Notes under the pieces: model-generated
The model's input: only the letters and a program-made list of their open reading frames with translations
Databases searched by the model: none
Told to the model about the DNA's origin: nothing
Part shown: positions 38,702 through 38,889 of the stretch, one piece after another
How the letters are laid out: each line of letters begins with the position of its first letter
How positions within the stretch are numbered: the stretch's first letter is position 1
NCBI GenBank assembly: GCA_009602725.1
Contig: WELB01000021.1
Span: 212,847-251,735 of the forward strand
Direction of reading: 5' to 3'
Length of the DNA stretch: 38,889 nt
From: Spirogloea muscicola
Lineage: Eukaryota
Program-made: the position numbers and the translations under genes

Positions 38702-38749
38702 CGTTCAATCTGTACAAGCCGTGTGAAAATGCGTGTCCACACAGCAAGA

Positions 38750-38889
38750 GTGCGAGAGCGAGGGAGAGGGAGGGAGCCGGAGAGAGCGGGAGAGGGAGGC
38801 AGGGAGAAAGGGGGAGAGAGGAGGAGAGAGGGAGAGAGAGGGGCAGTGGGAGAAAGAGAGGGAGAGGGAGGGAGAGGGGAGGAGGGGGA
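38750..38889 (+). repeat. Polypurine (GA/GGA-rich) low-complexity tract
   Basis: Almost pure G/A degenerate microsatellite running to the end of the window. Confidence 0.9.

Overview
Gene-dense, intron-rich, GC-rich eukaryotic nuclear DNA, most consistent with a streptophyte green alga (plant-type orthologues, GT/GC-AG introns, degenerate TTTAGGG-like tracts); the species cannot be fixed from sequence. Manually spliced genes in order: 3' end of a PPR-like protein (+), MOS1/BAT2-like protein (-), PZP (PHD/ePHD) finger protein (-), PP2A methylesterase PME-1 (-), an isolated 5' fragment of a UBP3/UBP4-type deubiquitinase (-), plastid bS6-like RFC3 (+), GDP-mannose 4,6-dehydratase (+), C-terminal processing peptidase CTPA1 (-), a proline-rich protein (-) and a SETD3-like SET methyltransferase (-, runs off the window). 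The main unexplained structure is a dispersed repeat family in four intergenic spacers, each just upstream of a gene 5' end. It is built from a ~37-45 nt hairpin-forming unit and a four-copy segment whose substitutions preserve a peptide (FPAASxSDxRLLTxxY*). All assembly gaps and both poly(A) runs fall at GC-rich 5' gene ends, so models there are uncertain. Homology calls come from recalled motifs, not database searches.
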